Assembly (NCBI RefSeq): GCF_001194135.2
Contig: NC_068991.1
Span: 76,909,073 to 76,963,064, forward strand
DNA length: 53,992 bases
DNA from: Octopus bimaculoides
Taxonomy: Eukaryota
Reading direction: 5' to 3'
Positions 1 through 11,849 of this stretch are shown here, piece after piece. The notes under the pieces were generated by a model. It did not search any database, was not told where the DNA came from, and worked only from the letters and a program-made list of their open reading frames with translations. The stretch's first letter is position 1; the number at the start of each line of letters is the position of its first letter. Both the position numbers and the translations under genes were made by a program.

Positions 1-33
<33 letters not shown>
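1..33. repeat. (AT)n microsatellite
   Basis: Pure AT dinucleotide run at the window start. Confidence 0.99.
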
Positions 34-37
<4 letters not shown>

Positions 38-349
38 CAGAAATTCAAAGACGTGTGTGTGTGTGAATATTTATATTTTGTGATTGCATAAAAGTGTTGA
101 ACAAAAAAATTTGTGACATTTGTTGGTATTTTCAGTTAAAACAAACCCCAAAACCATCCTCTAGCTCTGCACTTTCAAATACTAATAGAATAAAAATAAT
201 CTTTTACTTGAAAAACATGTAAGGGTACGCAACAGGAAAGGCATCCAGCTATGTAAACACTGCCTTCATCCAACTTATGCTTTGCTTGGAAAAATGGACG
301 TAGATCAAAAGAGTGTGCATAAAACTGTATGTCTGTAGATAAGGTATTA

Positions 350-570
350 CAACAAAATGGTTTCAGGAATTAACAGCTTTGATCTGATCATAGATTTACT
401 TAACCAATGACGAAGCCTGTATGTGGTTGATCTACTTGCTAGAAATAGAAGTCAAATCTCATACAAGTCAAAACCTACCATCATAAAAAAGGGAAGGATA
501 CATAAGAAAATTCAGTCCTAGATATTCCATCTAAATATGGATAGTCATGGCTGGAATGCATACATTTAAC
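350..570 (+). mobile_element. Dispersed SINE-like repeat, family D (GAAATAGCAGCCAAATCTC core), degenerate
   Basis: ctacttgctagaaatagaagtcaaatctc...atagtcatggctggaatgc recurs at ~6010, 14520, 20070, 29750, 39100 (minus) and 41575. Confidence 0.55.
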
Positions 571-659
571 TATTGCTTCTATGCTAAACATTAAATGAAA
601 AAGAAAAAAACTTTCTATATTTTTTCCCCTCTTTGCAATATTCTGATTTTCTCAGATCT

Positions 660-1402
660 GTTTTTTTTTTATTCATTAATAATCTTTGATATAATTGCAG
701 CTACATGTACACGCAGAAATAGAAAATTGTTTAGCTTATCCATTCAAATATGATTAACAAACAATATGGCTGAAGTGTACATATTTTAATTCAGTGATCT
801 GGACGATTCGTAACTGATGCAAAATATGGATAAGCTTTCAACAGAATTTTTTCTTTTTTATTTTACTTTTTCTCTTTTACACACTGTCTGGTCAAATATT
901 TATTTAATTATTTATATATTCAATAATAATCCTCAATACTTTTGCAGCTACATGAACATAAGTATATAAATATGAATAAATAAAGGGCTGTTACTTTATC
1001 TGTTCCCCAATGTGCTAAATGTACAAAGAAACATAGCAGCAATGTACATTATTTTAATGTAGTGACAGGAAACTCACCTGTAACTGTTGCAATTTTGATA
1101 GACAAGCAAGCACTGTGAAAAAATTCCACCACCCCCATCATCTTTCTCTCCCTCTCTCTTCTTCTCTCGTTTTCTTTCTCCCCTATCAAGCTGTCTGATC
1201 AAATATTTATTATTTATTCATTAATAATCTTGACTATAATAATTGCAGGTACATGAACTTGGAAAAAGAAAAGAAAGAAGTGTGACTTCTATACACTTCA
1301 ATGCGATGATCTGCAAACAAAAAGGGAAAGAGAGAGTGAGTGAGTATTTGTGTGTGTGTGTGTGTGTGTGTGTGCACATGTGCATGTGTGTGCATACATA
1401 CA

Positions 1403-1460
<58 letters not shown>

Positions 1461-1830
1461 CACACACATATACATATATTGTGTTATATATAATGTATAA
1501 TATGTGTTTGTGTGTGTGTGTATATGCATATTCATACAAGTATGGAAAAGTGGATGTGTACATACATACATACATACATACACGTAAAAAGCCAGCTCAC
1601 ATACATACACTTATACACACACACACACACATACATGCATTCATACATACATATAATAGTTTTAAAGCGATGGAAAAACAGAAATAAAAGATAGATGGGC
1701 ATTAATAAGCTTAGAGATTTTTCATCATCATTTTGATTTTTTTGCATCCAGTAATAATAAAAGAGTCTGGACATTGATAATCTTTAACATAATTGCAGAT
1801 ACATGAACTCTTTAAAAGAAATTACTTTCA
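660..1830. repeat. Diverged tandem array, ~260-300 bp unit, about 4 copies
   Basis: Motif taatct...ttgcag[c/g/a]tacatg[a/t]ac at ~680, ~928, ~1225 and ~1780; ctgtctg(g/a)tcaaatatttat at ~885 and ~1191. Confidence 0.65.
1346..1650. repeat. Compound (GT)/(AT)/(CA)/(TACA) microsatellite
   Basis: Visible simple repeats; they explain the YIYI/HTHT/CVCV ORFs at 1221-1774. Confidence 0.97.
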
Positions 1831-2064
1831 TGTGCTTAAATGTCACCGTAGGTTTTATTGGTTCATGAAGTAGGGATGGATTAATGAAGCAGAAAATGAT
1901 ATGAGAAGACAATTTCTCTAATGGAAGATCTATAAAGGGATTATATTGTACGTGAGCCAAACTGAAGGAATTGGTGCTTGGCTAATTTTGTCTCTTATTC
2001 ATCTGATATAAGACACCATGGATAAATAACACACACAAAAAAAAAAAGAAAGATTGCTGTTAGC

Positions 2065-2065
<1 letters not shown>

Positions 2066-2095
<30 letters not shown>

Positions 2096-2282
2096 CTTCT
2101 TCTTCTTCTTCTTCTTCTTCTTCTTCTTCTTCTTCTTCTTCTACTTCTTCTTCTTTATTCTTCTCTATTTTTCCTCCTCCTCCTCCTCTTTCTTCTTTTT
2201 TCCTCCACCTCCTTCTTCTCTTTTCTTCCAACTCCTCCTTTTTCCGTCATCTTCTTCTTCTCTGCATTCACCTCCTCCTCTA
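2066..2282. repeat. (TTC)n/(CCT)n trinucleotide repeat
   Basis: Pure TTC run followed by a degenerate CCT/TTC tract; explains the poly-E and poly-L ORFs. Confidence 0.97.
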
Positions 2283-2504
2283 TTTCTATTCCATACTGCA
2301 GTCAGTCCATCTTTATACACTTCCAGTATTGTATCAGTTTTTTTTTTTTTTCTGTGGGAACAGGTTGTTAGCCCCTCACTCAACCTTTCCCCATATCTGG
2401 AGAAAGTGATACTCTGAGCGGTCCTCTAGGACTCTTCATGTGGCACAACATACGTGATTCTGAAGGAGAGCAAAGGAGAGCAAGGAAACAAGAAATCAAG
2501 AGAG

Positions 2505-2506
<2 letters not shown>

Positions 2507-2584
<78 letters not shown>
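2507..2584. repeat. (GA)n microsatellite
   Basis: Pure GA run. Confidence 0.99.
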
Positions 2585-2588
<4 letters not shown>

Positions 2589-3204
2589 AGATAAAAGATG
2601 TCCTCATACACAATTTAATCAAACCAGTTCTCTGGTCTGAGTATAATCTATGAGCCCTGGTTTCTTCCATTCTTCACTGACCCCCACCAGTCTGGGAGAC
2701 CTTGTGCAAGGGTCATTTGTGCCACCATTTCTCTGTTGACTAAACCACACACAAAAATAAATATTTCTAAACAATTTAAAATTTGGTTTCCAAACCCACC
2801 TGCCCACCCTCCACTTCCATTCACTCTGGAAACCTTTACTCAAAATGTTTGACCCCAAAAGGTTGCTCCACATCCTCTCAAAAGCTGAAGTATAACTATT
2901 CATAGACTTTTAAGAACGGTTCTTATTAGCAGTCTATCATATGCATGTTTCACATAATCAGAGAATCCCCACAAAACCTGGATTATCCTGTCTACCAAAG
3001 GCAAGTGTGTTCCCCATTTGTGTTTCTTTGGCTGACAGCCACATGTTCAGAACCAACTCATTCAACCGAGCCATATTTGCTACATGAAATGGATAACAGT
3101 AATTTCTGTAATGATTATGGTGAAGATAACAATGAAACCAGTTGTACCAAACAAATGAACATAGTCATATTTATATGTAATTTTGCTCTAGTGTACTATT
3201 AAGT

Positions 3205-3470
3205 ATCATCATCATCATCATCATCATCGTTTAACATCCGCTTTCCATGCTAGCATGGGTTGGACGACTTGACTGAGGACTGGTGAAACCGGATGGCAAC
3301 ACCAGGCTCCAATCTAAATTTGGCAGAGTTTCTACAGCTGGATGCCCTTCCTAACGCCAACCACTCAGAGAGTGTAGTAAGTGCTTTTACGTGTCACCTG
3401 CACGAAGGCCAGTCAGGCGATACTGGCAACGGCCACGCTCGAAATGGTGTCTTTTATGTGCCACCCTCTA
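3205..3470 (-). mobile_element. SINE family A (RTE-type (ATG)n tail)
   Basis: (CAT)n-cgtttaacatccgctttccatgctagcatgggttggacg...ggatgcccttcctaacgccaaccactc; the same unit occurs more than 10 times in the window, and its (ATG)n tail matches that of the RTE LINE at 25434. Confidence 0.85.
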
Positions 3471-3639
3471 TGGATTTCTGTTTTTTTAGCCAACACTGTA
3501 TTTATTGATGAATGTAAACAACAAGTTTCTATCTGTGATTCTTTCTCATACAGAAAAGCCGGGAATTGCTATACGAACCATGATTCCGTCTATGTTTCAT
3601 TTATCATAGAATACAATATTGCTAAAATAAATATCTATA

Positions 3640-3816
3640 TAGGCTTAAGCATGGCTGTGTGATTGAGAAGTTTGTCTCCCAACCATGTGGTCTTGGGTTC
3701 AGTCTCATTGCTTGGCACCTTGGGCAAGTGTCTTCTGTTATAAGACCCAGGCTGGCCTAAGCCTTGTGAGTGGATTTGATAGAAGGAAACAAAAAGAAGC
3801 TTGTTCTATATATGTG

Positions 3817-3862
<46 letters not shown>

Positions 3863-4070
3863 GTGTGTTTGTCCCCTACTATTTCACAACCAGAGTTGGT
3901 TTGTTTGTGTCCTTATAACTTTGTGGTTTGGCAAAAAAAGATTGATAGAATAAGTACCAGGCTTTAAAAATAAGCACAGGAGTTTGCCATTTTAGTTAAA
4001 ACCCTTCAAGATGGTGCCCCAGTATGGCCACAGTCCAATGACTGAAACAAGTAAAAGATAAAAGATAAAA
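3640..4070 (+). mobile_element. tRNA-derived SINE family C with internal (CA)n
   Basis: A-box-like tggctgtgtga, B-box-like gggttcagtctc, core cttgggcaagtgtcttc, tail actgaaacaagtaaaaga; multiple copies in the window. Confidence 0.85.
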
Positions 4071-4356
4071 CACATATTCCATGGTGCATTCTAGCAAATG
4101 AAACAAAATGATGTCGCAATGCCACCAATGTCTATTTCATCCCCTTGTGAAATAAGGCCCTTAAGAGTCTGGTCAGTGGCTTTTTTCTCCCCTTTATCTA
4201 TTACTTAATCAGAAGGAAGATTCGTGTCCATGACCCTTTACAAGATCTTCAAGACAGTTTGGAGGAATGAAAGGAAACATTGTCAAACTGCCGACCTGAT
4301 CTAAATTTGTGCAACAGATGTACTCGACTGGTCCCCCAAGTGCCTGGGGTGACATC

Positions 4357-4994
4357 ATCCCTTTTTGCTATCATATTTCAATGGAAATGCACTGTCTTTG
4401 TTTTAAGTAAATCTGAAATAATGTAAAATTTATCAAAATAACTTGTCCATTATTAAGCAAGTGTTTAAGATGGCGAATCGTTAGCACGGTGGGCGAAATG
4501 CTTAGCAGTATTTCATCTGCCACTACATTCTGAGTTCAAATTTCACTGAGGTCGACTTTGCCTTTCGTTCTTTCAGGGTCGATTAAATAAGTACCAGTTA
4601 TGCACTGGGGTCAATGGTCAATGTAGTTGACTTGATCCCCTCCTCCAAGCTGCCCTTGTAGCAAAAATTTGAAATCACTATTAAGCTAGTGTTTGGCACA
4701 TAAATTAACATAAACGTTTTTAGTTAGTTTTTTTTTTTTTTTTTTTTTTTTGTTTGAAAGCCAAAACAATGCAAGTACGAAAATTAATGATACCGGTCAG
4801 TGGTTTGTCTTTTTGCCTGATATTTCAGTATCTGAGAGTGAGGACTCCTTCTTCAGGAAATCATCAGAGAAAAGATGTTAGCTGATTTCTGTACTAGGTG
4901 AAATTTTAGTGGAAGGTTTTAATTGATCACTTACAAACAGTAAGTTTATAGAACAAGGGACGACCTCAGACAGGTTTGGCATCAAAAGGGTTTA
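4357..4994. mobile_element. MITE-like repeat, split by a SINE and a poly(A)-tailed insert
   Basis: Its segments (attaagc.agtgtttgg, gaaattttagtggaaggtttt, caaaagggtt end) match the uninterrupted copy at 6118-6332. Confidence 0.55.
4467..4678 (+). mobile_element. tRNA-derived SINE family B with TSD
   Basis: ggcgaatcgttagcac...gagttcaaatttc...gtcgactttgcc; 16-bp TSD tattaagc(a/t)agtgttt at 4451-4466 and 4679-4694. Confidence 0.9.
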
Positions 4995-5118
4995 GTCTGG
5001 TGAAGGAAAAACTGACTTTTTTTTCAATGCTAGCAATTCATCTAGGTTTTCTCACTTCCATTTCTCAAAGGGCTGAGAAAAGTTAGTGGAAAACCACTTA
5101 TTAAAATGAAAATAAAAA

Positions 5119-5333
5119 ATTCTTTTCTACTCTACGTACAAGGCCCGAAACTTTTGGGGAGGGAACCAGTTGATTAGATCGACCCCGGTATACAACTGGT
5201 ACTTAATTTATTGACCCTGAAAGGATGAAAGGCAAAGTCAACCTCAGCAGAATTTGAACTCAGAACATAAAAACAGACGAAATACCGCTAAGCGTTTTGC
5301 CTGGTATGCTAATGTTTCTGCCAGCTCGCTGCC
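5119..5333 (-). mobile_element. tRNA-derived SINE family B with TSD
   Basis: Reverse complement of family B; ~18-bp TSD ttaaaatg(a/g)aaataaaaa at 5101-5118 and 5334-5351. Confidence 0.9.
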
Positions 5334-5569
5334 TTAAAATGGAAATAAAAATTATGTTAGAAATGGCTCATTTGCATAATGGTTCAAGGTTGATGACCTG
5401 ACAATAATTACTAGAGAACCAATGCGGTATGGGTTGCATAGGTTTGTTGCAAATGGCTACACTAATATTTTACAAGATTTATAACTATTTTCACATTAAT
5501 AAATTAACACCATTGCCGTGAATTGCATTAATTGTTGTTGTGGAAAGAATAGAAATGAAATAGGTTACC

Positions 5570-5710
5570 ACCACCACCACTACCACCACCACCACGATGT
5601 CCACCATGATGACCACCGCGACCACCATCATTACCATTATTTTAACTGGTTATGTATTCATGTGTCTAAGCAGAAGTTGTCTTGAAATTGAGTTGAGAGT
5701 GTCTATGTCT

Positions 5711-5800
<90 letters not shown>

Positions 5801-5990
5801 AAGAGAAAGAGAGAATGTGTGTGTGTGTGTATGTAGGAGGAAGATCTGAGGGTGCGTATGAGTATGTAGGAGAGTGTAATAAGAAACATTATTGCGATCA
5901 ACCACATCCACACTATCCTCAGTATCTCATGCACATCAATCATTCCCATCATCACCATCATCACCACCAACATCAGTAGCCATATCACAA
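5570..5990. repeat. (ACC)/(GA)n/(CAT) simple repeats
   Basis: ACC tract, pure GA run ~5717-5795, CAT-rich tract. Confidence 0.9.
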
Positions 5991-6009
5991 TCTGAAAGCC
6001 AATCGTGGG

Positions 6010-6440
6010 GCTGCTACATGGTTAATCAACTTGTTAGAAATAGCAGTTAGATTTCCTTCAAATCACATTAAACTGTCATAACAATTTCACAACCATTTTT
6101 CTATTGGGACACACAACTTTTTATTTTTTATTTCTATCAACTTTGCAAAAAAAAAAAAAAAAAAGAATTAGAAAAAAAAAAGTAAGATAACTTTGTTGTA
6201 ATTAAGCTGGTGTTTGGAGCAGAAGCTCATGAAATTTTGAGGGAAGGTTTCTCTCCATATCACTTTAAAACAGAAAATTTGCATCATAGAATAAAAGGCA
6301 GTCTCAAGTGGGTTGGTATCAATATGGGTTAAGATAAACACACTGGATAATATCTGAAGAAAGAAGGGATGGTCATGGCTGGAGTGCTTTGGATCATAGG
6401 TCCACTTGATCAAGGCTAATCGAGAGCGAAACAACAGCGA
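6010..6440 (+). mobile_element. Family D SINE-like repeat containing a MITE copy (6118-6332)
   Basis: aacttgttagaaatagcagttagatttcc...gggatggtcatggctggagtgc...aaacaac, interrupted by a sequence matching 4357-4994. Confidence 0.55.
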
Positions 6441-6920
6441 TCACATAACCACCACCACCATCTTCATCATGGCTACTATCACCAACAAATTGTTTCAAAA
6501 CAGCATTATTGCCTCCTCCTCCCCATTCTTTCACCACCATCTCACCAACGTTACAACCAGCATCGCTCTTCCCCCCACCTCCTGCACCAAATCCTCTCAA
6601 AACACCACCTCACCCCTTTTCTACGACCACCAATACCCATAACTCAACCGTCATCCTACCATATTCCATACCACCACCTGCTCTACCACTCCTGCCACCA
6701 CTACAAACAACAACAACAACAACAACAACCATAACCACCACAAGCACACCCACCACCTCCACCAAACCTCTTTGCTTCAACACTACTCTTGTCTACTAAA
6801 AGCCACAACGCAACCAGCATGCCACCACATCCTAAGCCATTATCTGCACCACCACCACCAGTTTCACCCTCACCGCTGCTGCCACCATAACCACTCTCAG
6901 CCCCCCCCCTCCTCCCCACT
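6440..6920. repeat. Low-complexity C/A-rich (ACC/AAC/CAT) tract
   Basis: Degenerate trinucleotide repeats; explains the T/P/H-rich ORFs. Confidence 0.85.
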
Positions 6921-8059
6921 ACTGGTACCTCTTGGAACATTTGTAATGGACATCTCTATTTTACTTGTTAAATAAATTTCCAGTTGACTGAATCTGCTCC
7001 CCAATTGGTCAAACTAGGATAAATTAGCACGAGGTTATCTAGAGGGCAGTGTGTTACACTTAGCTGCAAGGAATATTTATAGCTGGATAGGATTGCAGCC
7101 AATTCTTTCTCTTTTACTCTCCCATCCCACCCTCTCCCCTCGCCTTCCACCTCTGATTCTCCCTCCCCCCCTCCTGCTAGATATTTCTTCCTCTTCTTTT
7201 ACTCCCATCACTCTCTTTATTTACATGGATGGTGGAGTAGGAAACAAAAAAAGCAGTTGAGTGCCAAAACCGAATGTGTTTCAGCATTTAATTTTGTCTC
7301 TACACAATTTGAGTTCAAATTTTGCCATGGGTCAACTTTATCTTTTGTCCCTCAGGAGTTAAATGGAATAGGTTTCAGGTTTGTTATTTGTGTGAGGCAG
7401 TGGTGGTGGGTTCTGTTGAAGACATCCTCCTCTCGCTAATATAGGAAATATAGGTTTGCACTAATATCACAAATTATTATAATTTTCTTTTTGAAGGTGG
7501 TGAGCTGGCAGAATTGTTAGCACGAACAAAAACATTGGTATGTGCTTATAACCAAAAGCCTCCGACGTGACTTTCACTCGTATTTATATTCTGGAAAGAC
7601 TCAGTTTGAGTAACGAAGTAACAATCATTAAGGAGGTAAGTCAGATATACCACTTCCCACTCTATACTGCAGCTCATTCATTTCATGTTAACATTTGGAT
7701 TAACCATCTCAGATTATCTCTGGTTTCTTATTTCCAAACCAGACAATAATCACTCATAATAAAAAATTACTATTTAGATTAAAAAATTGATGAAAATCTT
7801 ATTTTCATATCAATGATAACATGAGTTTTCAGAAACTAGAAATTTCACTGTAGTTTTATAGTAAAAAATTATTCCTGTATACAATAAACCTCTCACCACC
7901 ACCACCACCACCACCACCACCACCATCACCACAACTATCACCCCCCCCCAACCAAAAAAAAAACCAAATTTTAATTTTGGAAATCAGTTGAAATGTAGAG
8001 GAAGTTTATTCTTGGTAGAGATATGGTAATAAAAGGGTTAAACTGCTGCGTTTTGTCAG

Positions 8060-8690
8060 GTTGAATGTAAGAATAAAAGACACATGTAGACAATCAGTTA
8101 CTTCTTGTATATGAAAGGTTTAAAGCTCTTTGAAAGAGATGACAATCAACGTTAATCTTACCTATAGACTGTTCAGGAGTTCAATGGAGATTTTAACATG
8201 AAATTGGGTTTTGAAAAATGCACTAATGTTACATAGAAATTAGGAAAACTAATAAAAGCAATCAATATGCAGCTAAATAAATTGAAAATAGATTAAAGAA
8301 TTAGATGAAAGACTAAAATACAAATATGTGGAAGGAAGTGAGATAGATGGAACACAGCACTATTAAATGAAGGAGAGATAGGAAAAAAGAGGGGAAAAAA
8401 ATACAGGTGTTTCAGGTCAGAACTCAAAAGGGAATTAAATGCGTAAAACAAAATAACAGACATTGATACATTAGCCGAGCTAACAATAAGCTATAAGCTA
8501 TGCAGCAATAAAATGAAGTTTGAGTAAACTGATAATACTAGAGAAAAACATACAAACAATAATTACTGCATTGAGGGTAAACAAAAGCAGAGACAGAAAG
8601 GATTTTATTTACTATTGTCACTGGAAGAGAGAATACTTCTAAAATTAGAAAACTGCAATAAAATCAGAACAAATAATGCAAATACATAAA
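8060..8690 (+). mobile_element. Decayed non-LTR retrotransposon RT C-terminal fragment (R4/Dong-like)
   Basis: Frameshifted pieces resembling ISHLLYMDDLKL...FGLEKC...YKY...ELNAKNKI (acttcttgtatatg, aaattgggttttgaaaaatgc, aaatacaaatat, gaattaaatgcgtaaaacaaaata). Confidence 0.6.
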
Positions 8691-8939
8691 AGGAAAAACA
8701 CAAAAACGGTTTCCATTTTAAGAAGATTAATATTAACAATAAACGTGCATTGTTTAAAGGCACCATTAAATTAATAAATACAAATAAAATGATATATATG
8801 GGTGGGGTAGGGGTAATGAGAGGAAACAGATTCAGAGAGGAAAAGATGAAGTTTTAAAATAAAAAAAAAAAAAGTTAAATGAAAAATCATAAAATATATC
8901 AGTACAGGTCACCATGAATATAGAATGTGTGCACAATTG

Positions 8940-9670
8940 TAGCTTTGTGATTGTTGTTGGTGCAGTTAAGCTCTGATTGAACAGACTTAATGTTGACTTT
9001 GATGGTTTATTATATGTGATATTCTCTGGTGTTGCTGATAAGAAGGAAGAAAGTTGTTATGATGCTTCATAAAGTCTGTTGTTTTAGAGAAGATCTGAGT
9101 GAGATATCATTTGTCTATAAAGCTGTGTGCATGTTTTGAGAAAGACTGATCGTTTTGGTATGTCATTCAGGAAATTGCAAGTTTTTGTTGTTCGTGCACA
9201 CCACATAAAATTAGTAACCTGACAAGTAATTTGCTATGCAGTATTTTTTGTTGTTTCTGAAGGTGATGTTGAGCATTTAGAGTGAAAGAGAAAGGCAAGG
9301 AATAAAGAAATGTTGCTTGGCTATTATTGACAGCAGACATTATTAAAATGTATTAAGATGTGTGTAGAAGTCTTTTTTGTAACTGAAACTGTTGTATGTT
9401 ATTGTATTAGGTCCATGTGTAATGAGAGAGTTGAAAATAGTAGTCTGAATCTTGTAATTTAAAGAAAGGAATGTAGGTTTGTGATATCAAACGAACTGAT
9501 GCATCTGCATGATACTACTTCACTTGGGTTTTTGTTATAGTGTTAGGATTTTACCTAGCTTCCAGATTCTGGGAATTTGACAGTGTTGGTACCAGTAATT
9601 GTAGATATTGGTCATCACAGTGATTCTTTCAAGCTGTGTTTTGGGGGATTTTGTCAAAACCTGAGACTTT
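8940..9670 (-). mobile_element. Decayed LINE 3' region (zinc knuckle plus REL endonuclease-like), probably R4/Dong-like
   Basis: Minus strand gives NHCDDQ... and KTCNFLNDIPKRSVFLKT, resembling the CCHC and PD..D REL regions; heavily degraded. Confidence 0.4.
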
Positions 9671-9789
9671 TGGGTTTCAAATTTTATTGTTAGCTTTTTT
9701 ATGTATTTGATGGAAGAAATGAAAACCCTGGCTTACATAGAAGGTGAGTATTTCCCATTTTGTGTGGTGTTATTGGGTGACCTTGTTGG

Positions 9790-9975
9790 TGCTGATGCCA
9801 TGTAAAAAGCACCTGTGCTGGTGCAACATAAAAAGTACCCAGTACACTCTGTAAAATGTTTGGCATTAGGAAGGGCATCCGGCCATAGAAACCATGCCAG
9901 AACAGGCAATGGAGCCTTACCAGCTCCTGTTGTAATGTCCAACCCTTACCAGTATGGAAAATGGACATTCATTAA
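9790..9975 (+). mobile_element. SINE family A, partial
   Basis: gccatgtaaaaagcacc...ggcattaggaagggcatccggcc...cagtatggaaaatggac. Confidence 0.75.
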
Positions 9976-11226
9976 TAAACAAACAAACGAACAAAGGTAG
10001 AACAGTAGCTACATAATGAGACCATCACCACCTGCCTACCATTTTACTAACACCATAGAAATGTCTATGAGATAAGGAAGGTTCTCTGTTGCACCCTGAT
10101 AAAAGTAAATTATAAAAAAAAAAAGTAATTGAAGAAAGTTTTTTTCCTAAATTTTTTAAAATTCTTGATTGTTTTTAGTAACAATAGAAAGATTATAAAC
10201 CTTGTATTTCAAGAAAGAATGTGGCCATGAAACAGTTAAACTAGATATATTCCCACAAAAAAGACATAATAAACACAGTTAGAAACACAAATCAAATTCT
10301 TTATTTGATCAGATACCTCCATGCTATGGATCTGCTCAAGCATGGCAGAGCCAGATGAAATCAATACAAAAACAACAACAACACGCACACACATGCACAA
10401 TTACAAAGTCATCACTCAACTCCAACATCACACACGTCTAAATCAACAAAAAGGAAATAAGAAAAAAAAAAACTGCAATCTTAGCAGACAATTAAGACTC
10501 GTGGAGACAGTGTAACAAGCAGCGACAAGATATGAACAATCAATCTTTGTATTAATAGGCGGACTCGCTTATTGACTTGTCTAGTTGTGAATCTCAGGGA
10601 AAAAATACAAAAAACAAAACAAAATAAATAGCATAAAAATAAAACAACTAAAAAAAAAAGGGAGGAGGAGAGAAAACAACATACTAGGAAGCCTCCCAAA
10701 TTTAGTAATTTAGTTATCTTCTCATAAAGATAACAGTGGTCTCAATTTAAGATTTTCTTTACTGCAAATAAGATAGGAAGTATTCTGGAAATCTCTTCAT
10801 CTGATCACAGTGGCATGGTGGTGGAGCTGGAAGAAAAGGAGGAGTGGGGTTAGTGCAGCTACTGCATTACAAATATATATCAATAGCAGAGATGTGGCTT
10901 CAAAGTAAATCTTTATAAATAATTTGTGGGCAAAGAGACAAGCTTTCTTTGTGTTATTCTTGAGTTATTTACTCTGTTTTATTTTGTGTATTTGCAGAAA
11001 ACTTGAAGTTTAAATTTGAAGAAAAGAGAAAAGGAAAACAAAAACAAGCAAAAAAGATTCCTTTTATTGTTTGTTTTGCATCAATCACCTGAAGTTCTGC
11101 AGAGAGTTATGAAAAATAACCACCAATCACCATTTTAATGACGGTGTTTTGTCTTTATATATAACACGATACATATACTTTATATCTGCAGTTTAGATAT
11201 ATTTATTTATCTCTTTCTCTACATAT

Positions 11227-11336
<110 letters not shown>

Positions 11337-11627
11337 GGGAGAGAGAGAAAGGGAGAAATCACTAAAATAGACATGCATGTCAGAAAAGTAAAACAATACA
11401 ATGATTTATTGATAGATTTATTTCAATAAATAATACAGAATAGAATTGCAAGGCATTTACCTGAGATAATTTTCAAAAGTTATGTTGGATAGGCCAACCA
11501 TGGACATGAAATCAGGTGTCCAGTGTGAGGTACTCTAAATCTTGCTCAAATACTTACGGCACACATTTGACAGCAGGCAGTCAAAATAAATGCCAGCATC
11601 TTGAGATGCATAGATATTATGGTAGTA

Positions 11628-11785
11628 TTCAACAACAACAACAACAACAAAATACCTTAGGAATGAGAACCCAGGTTCGAAATTTCTCCAAGACACCTGA
11701 TGAAGGCTGGAAGGTATATCAGCCGAAATGTTGTGTTAACAACAAACAAGATGAGGACAAATATCTATCAATTGTAAATAATATA
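11628..11785 (+). mobile_element. 5'-truncated hammerhead-bearing SINE (family H)
   Basis: (AAC)n-aataccttaggaatgagaacccaggttcgaaattt..caagacacctgatgaaggctgg...; matches the 3' halves of both copies at 20262-20809. Confidence 0.9.
11692..11737 (+). ncRNA. Minimal type I hammerhead ribozyme motif (Penelope type)
   Basis: Stem I GACAC/GTGTT; core CTGATGA plus an extra A; stem II GGCTG/CAGCC; GAAA; T-G-T-T (C15.2>T relative to the ACGT palindrome). Activity untested. Confidence 0.75.
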
Positions 11786-11849
11786 TATATTCTTTTGCTT
11801 CAGTCATTTGACTGTGACCATGCTGAGCACCACCTTAAAATAAGAGTTG

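Noticed and set aside
1221-2670. Long ORFs (up to 129 aa) in the ORF track
   Set aside because: They are translations of AT/GT/CA/TTC/GA microsatellites (YIYI, HTHT, poly-L, poly-E, SLSL).
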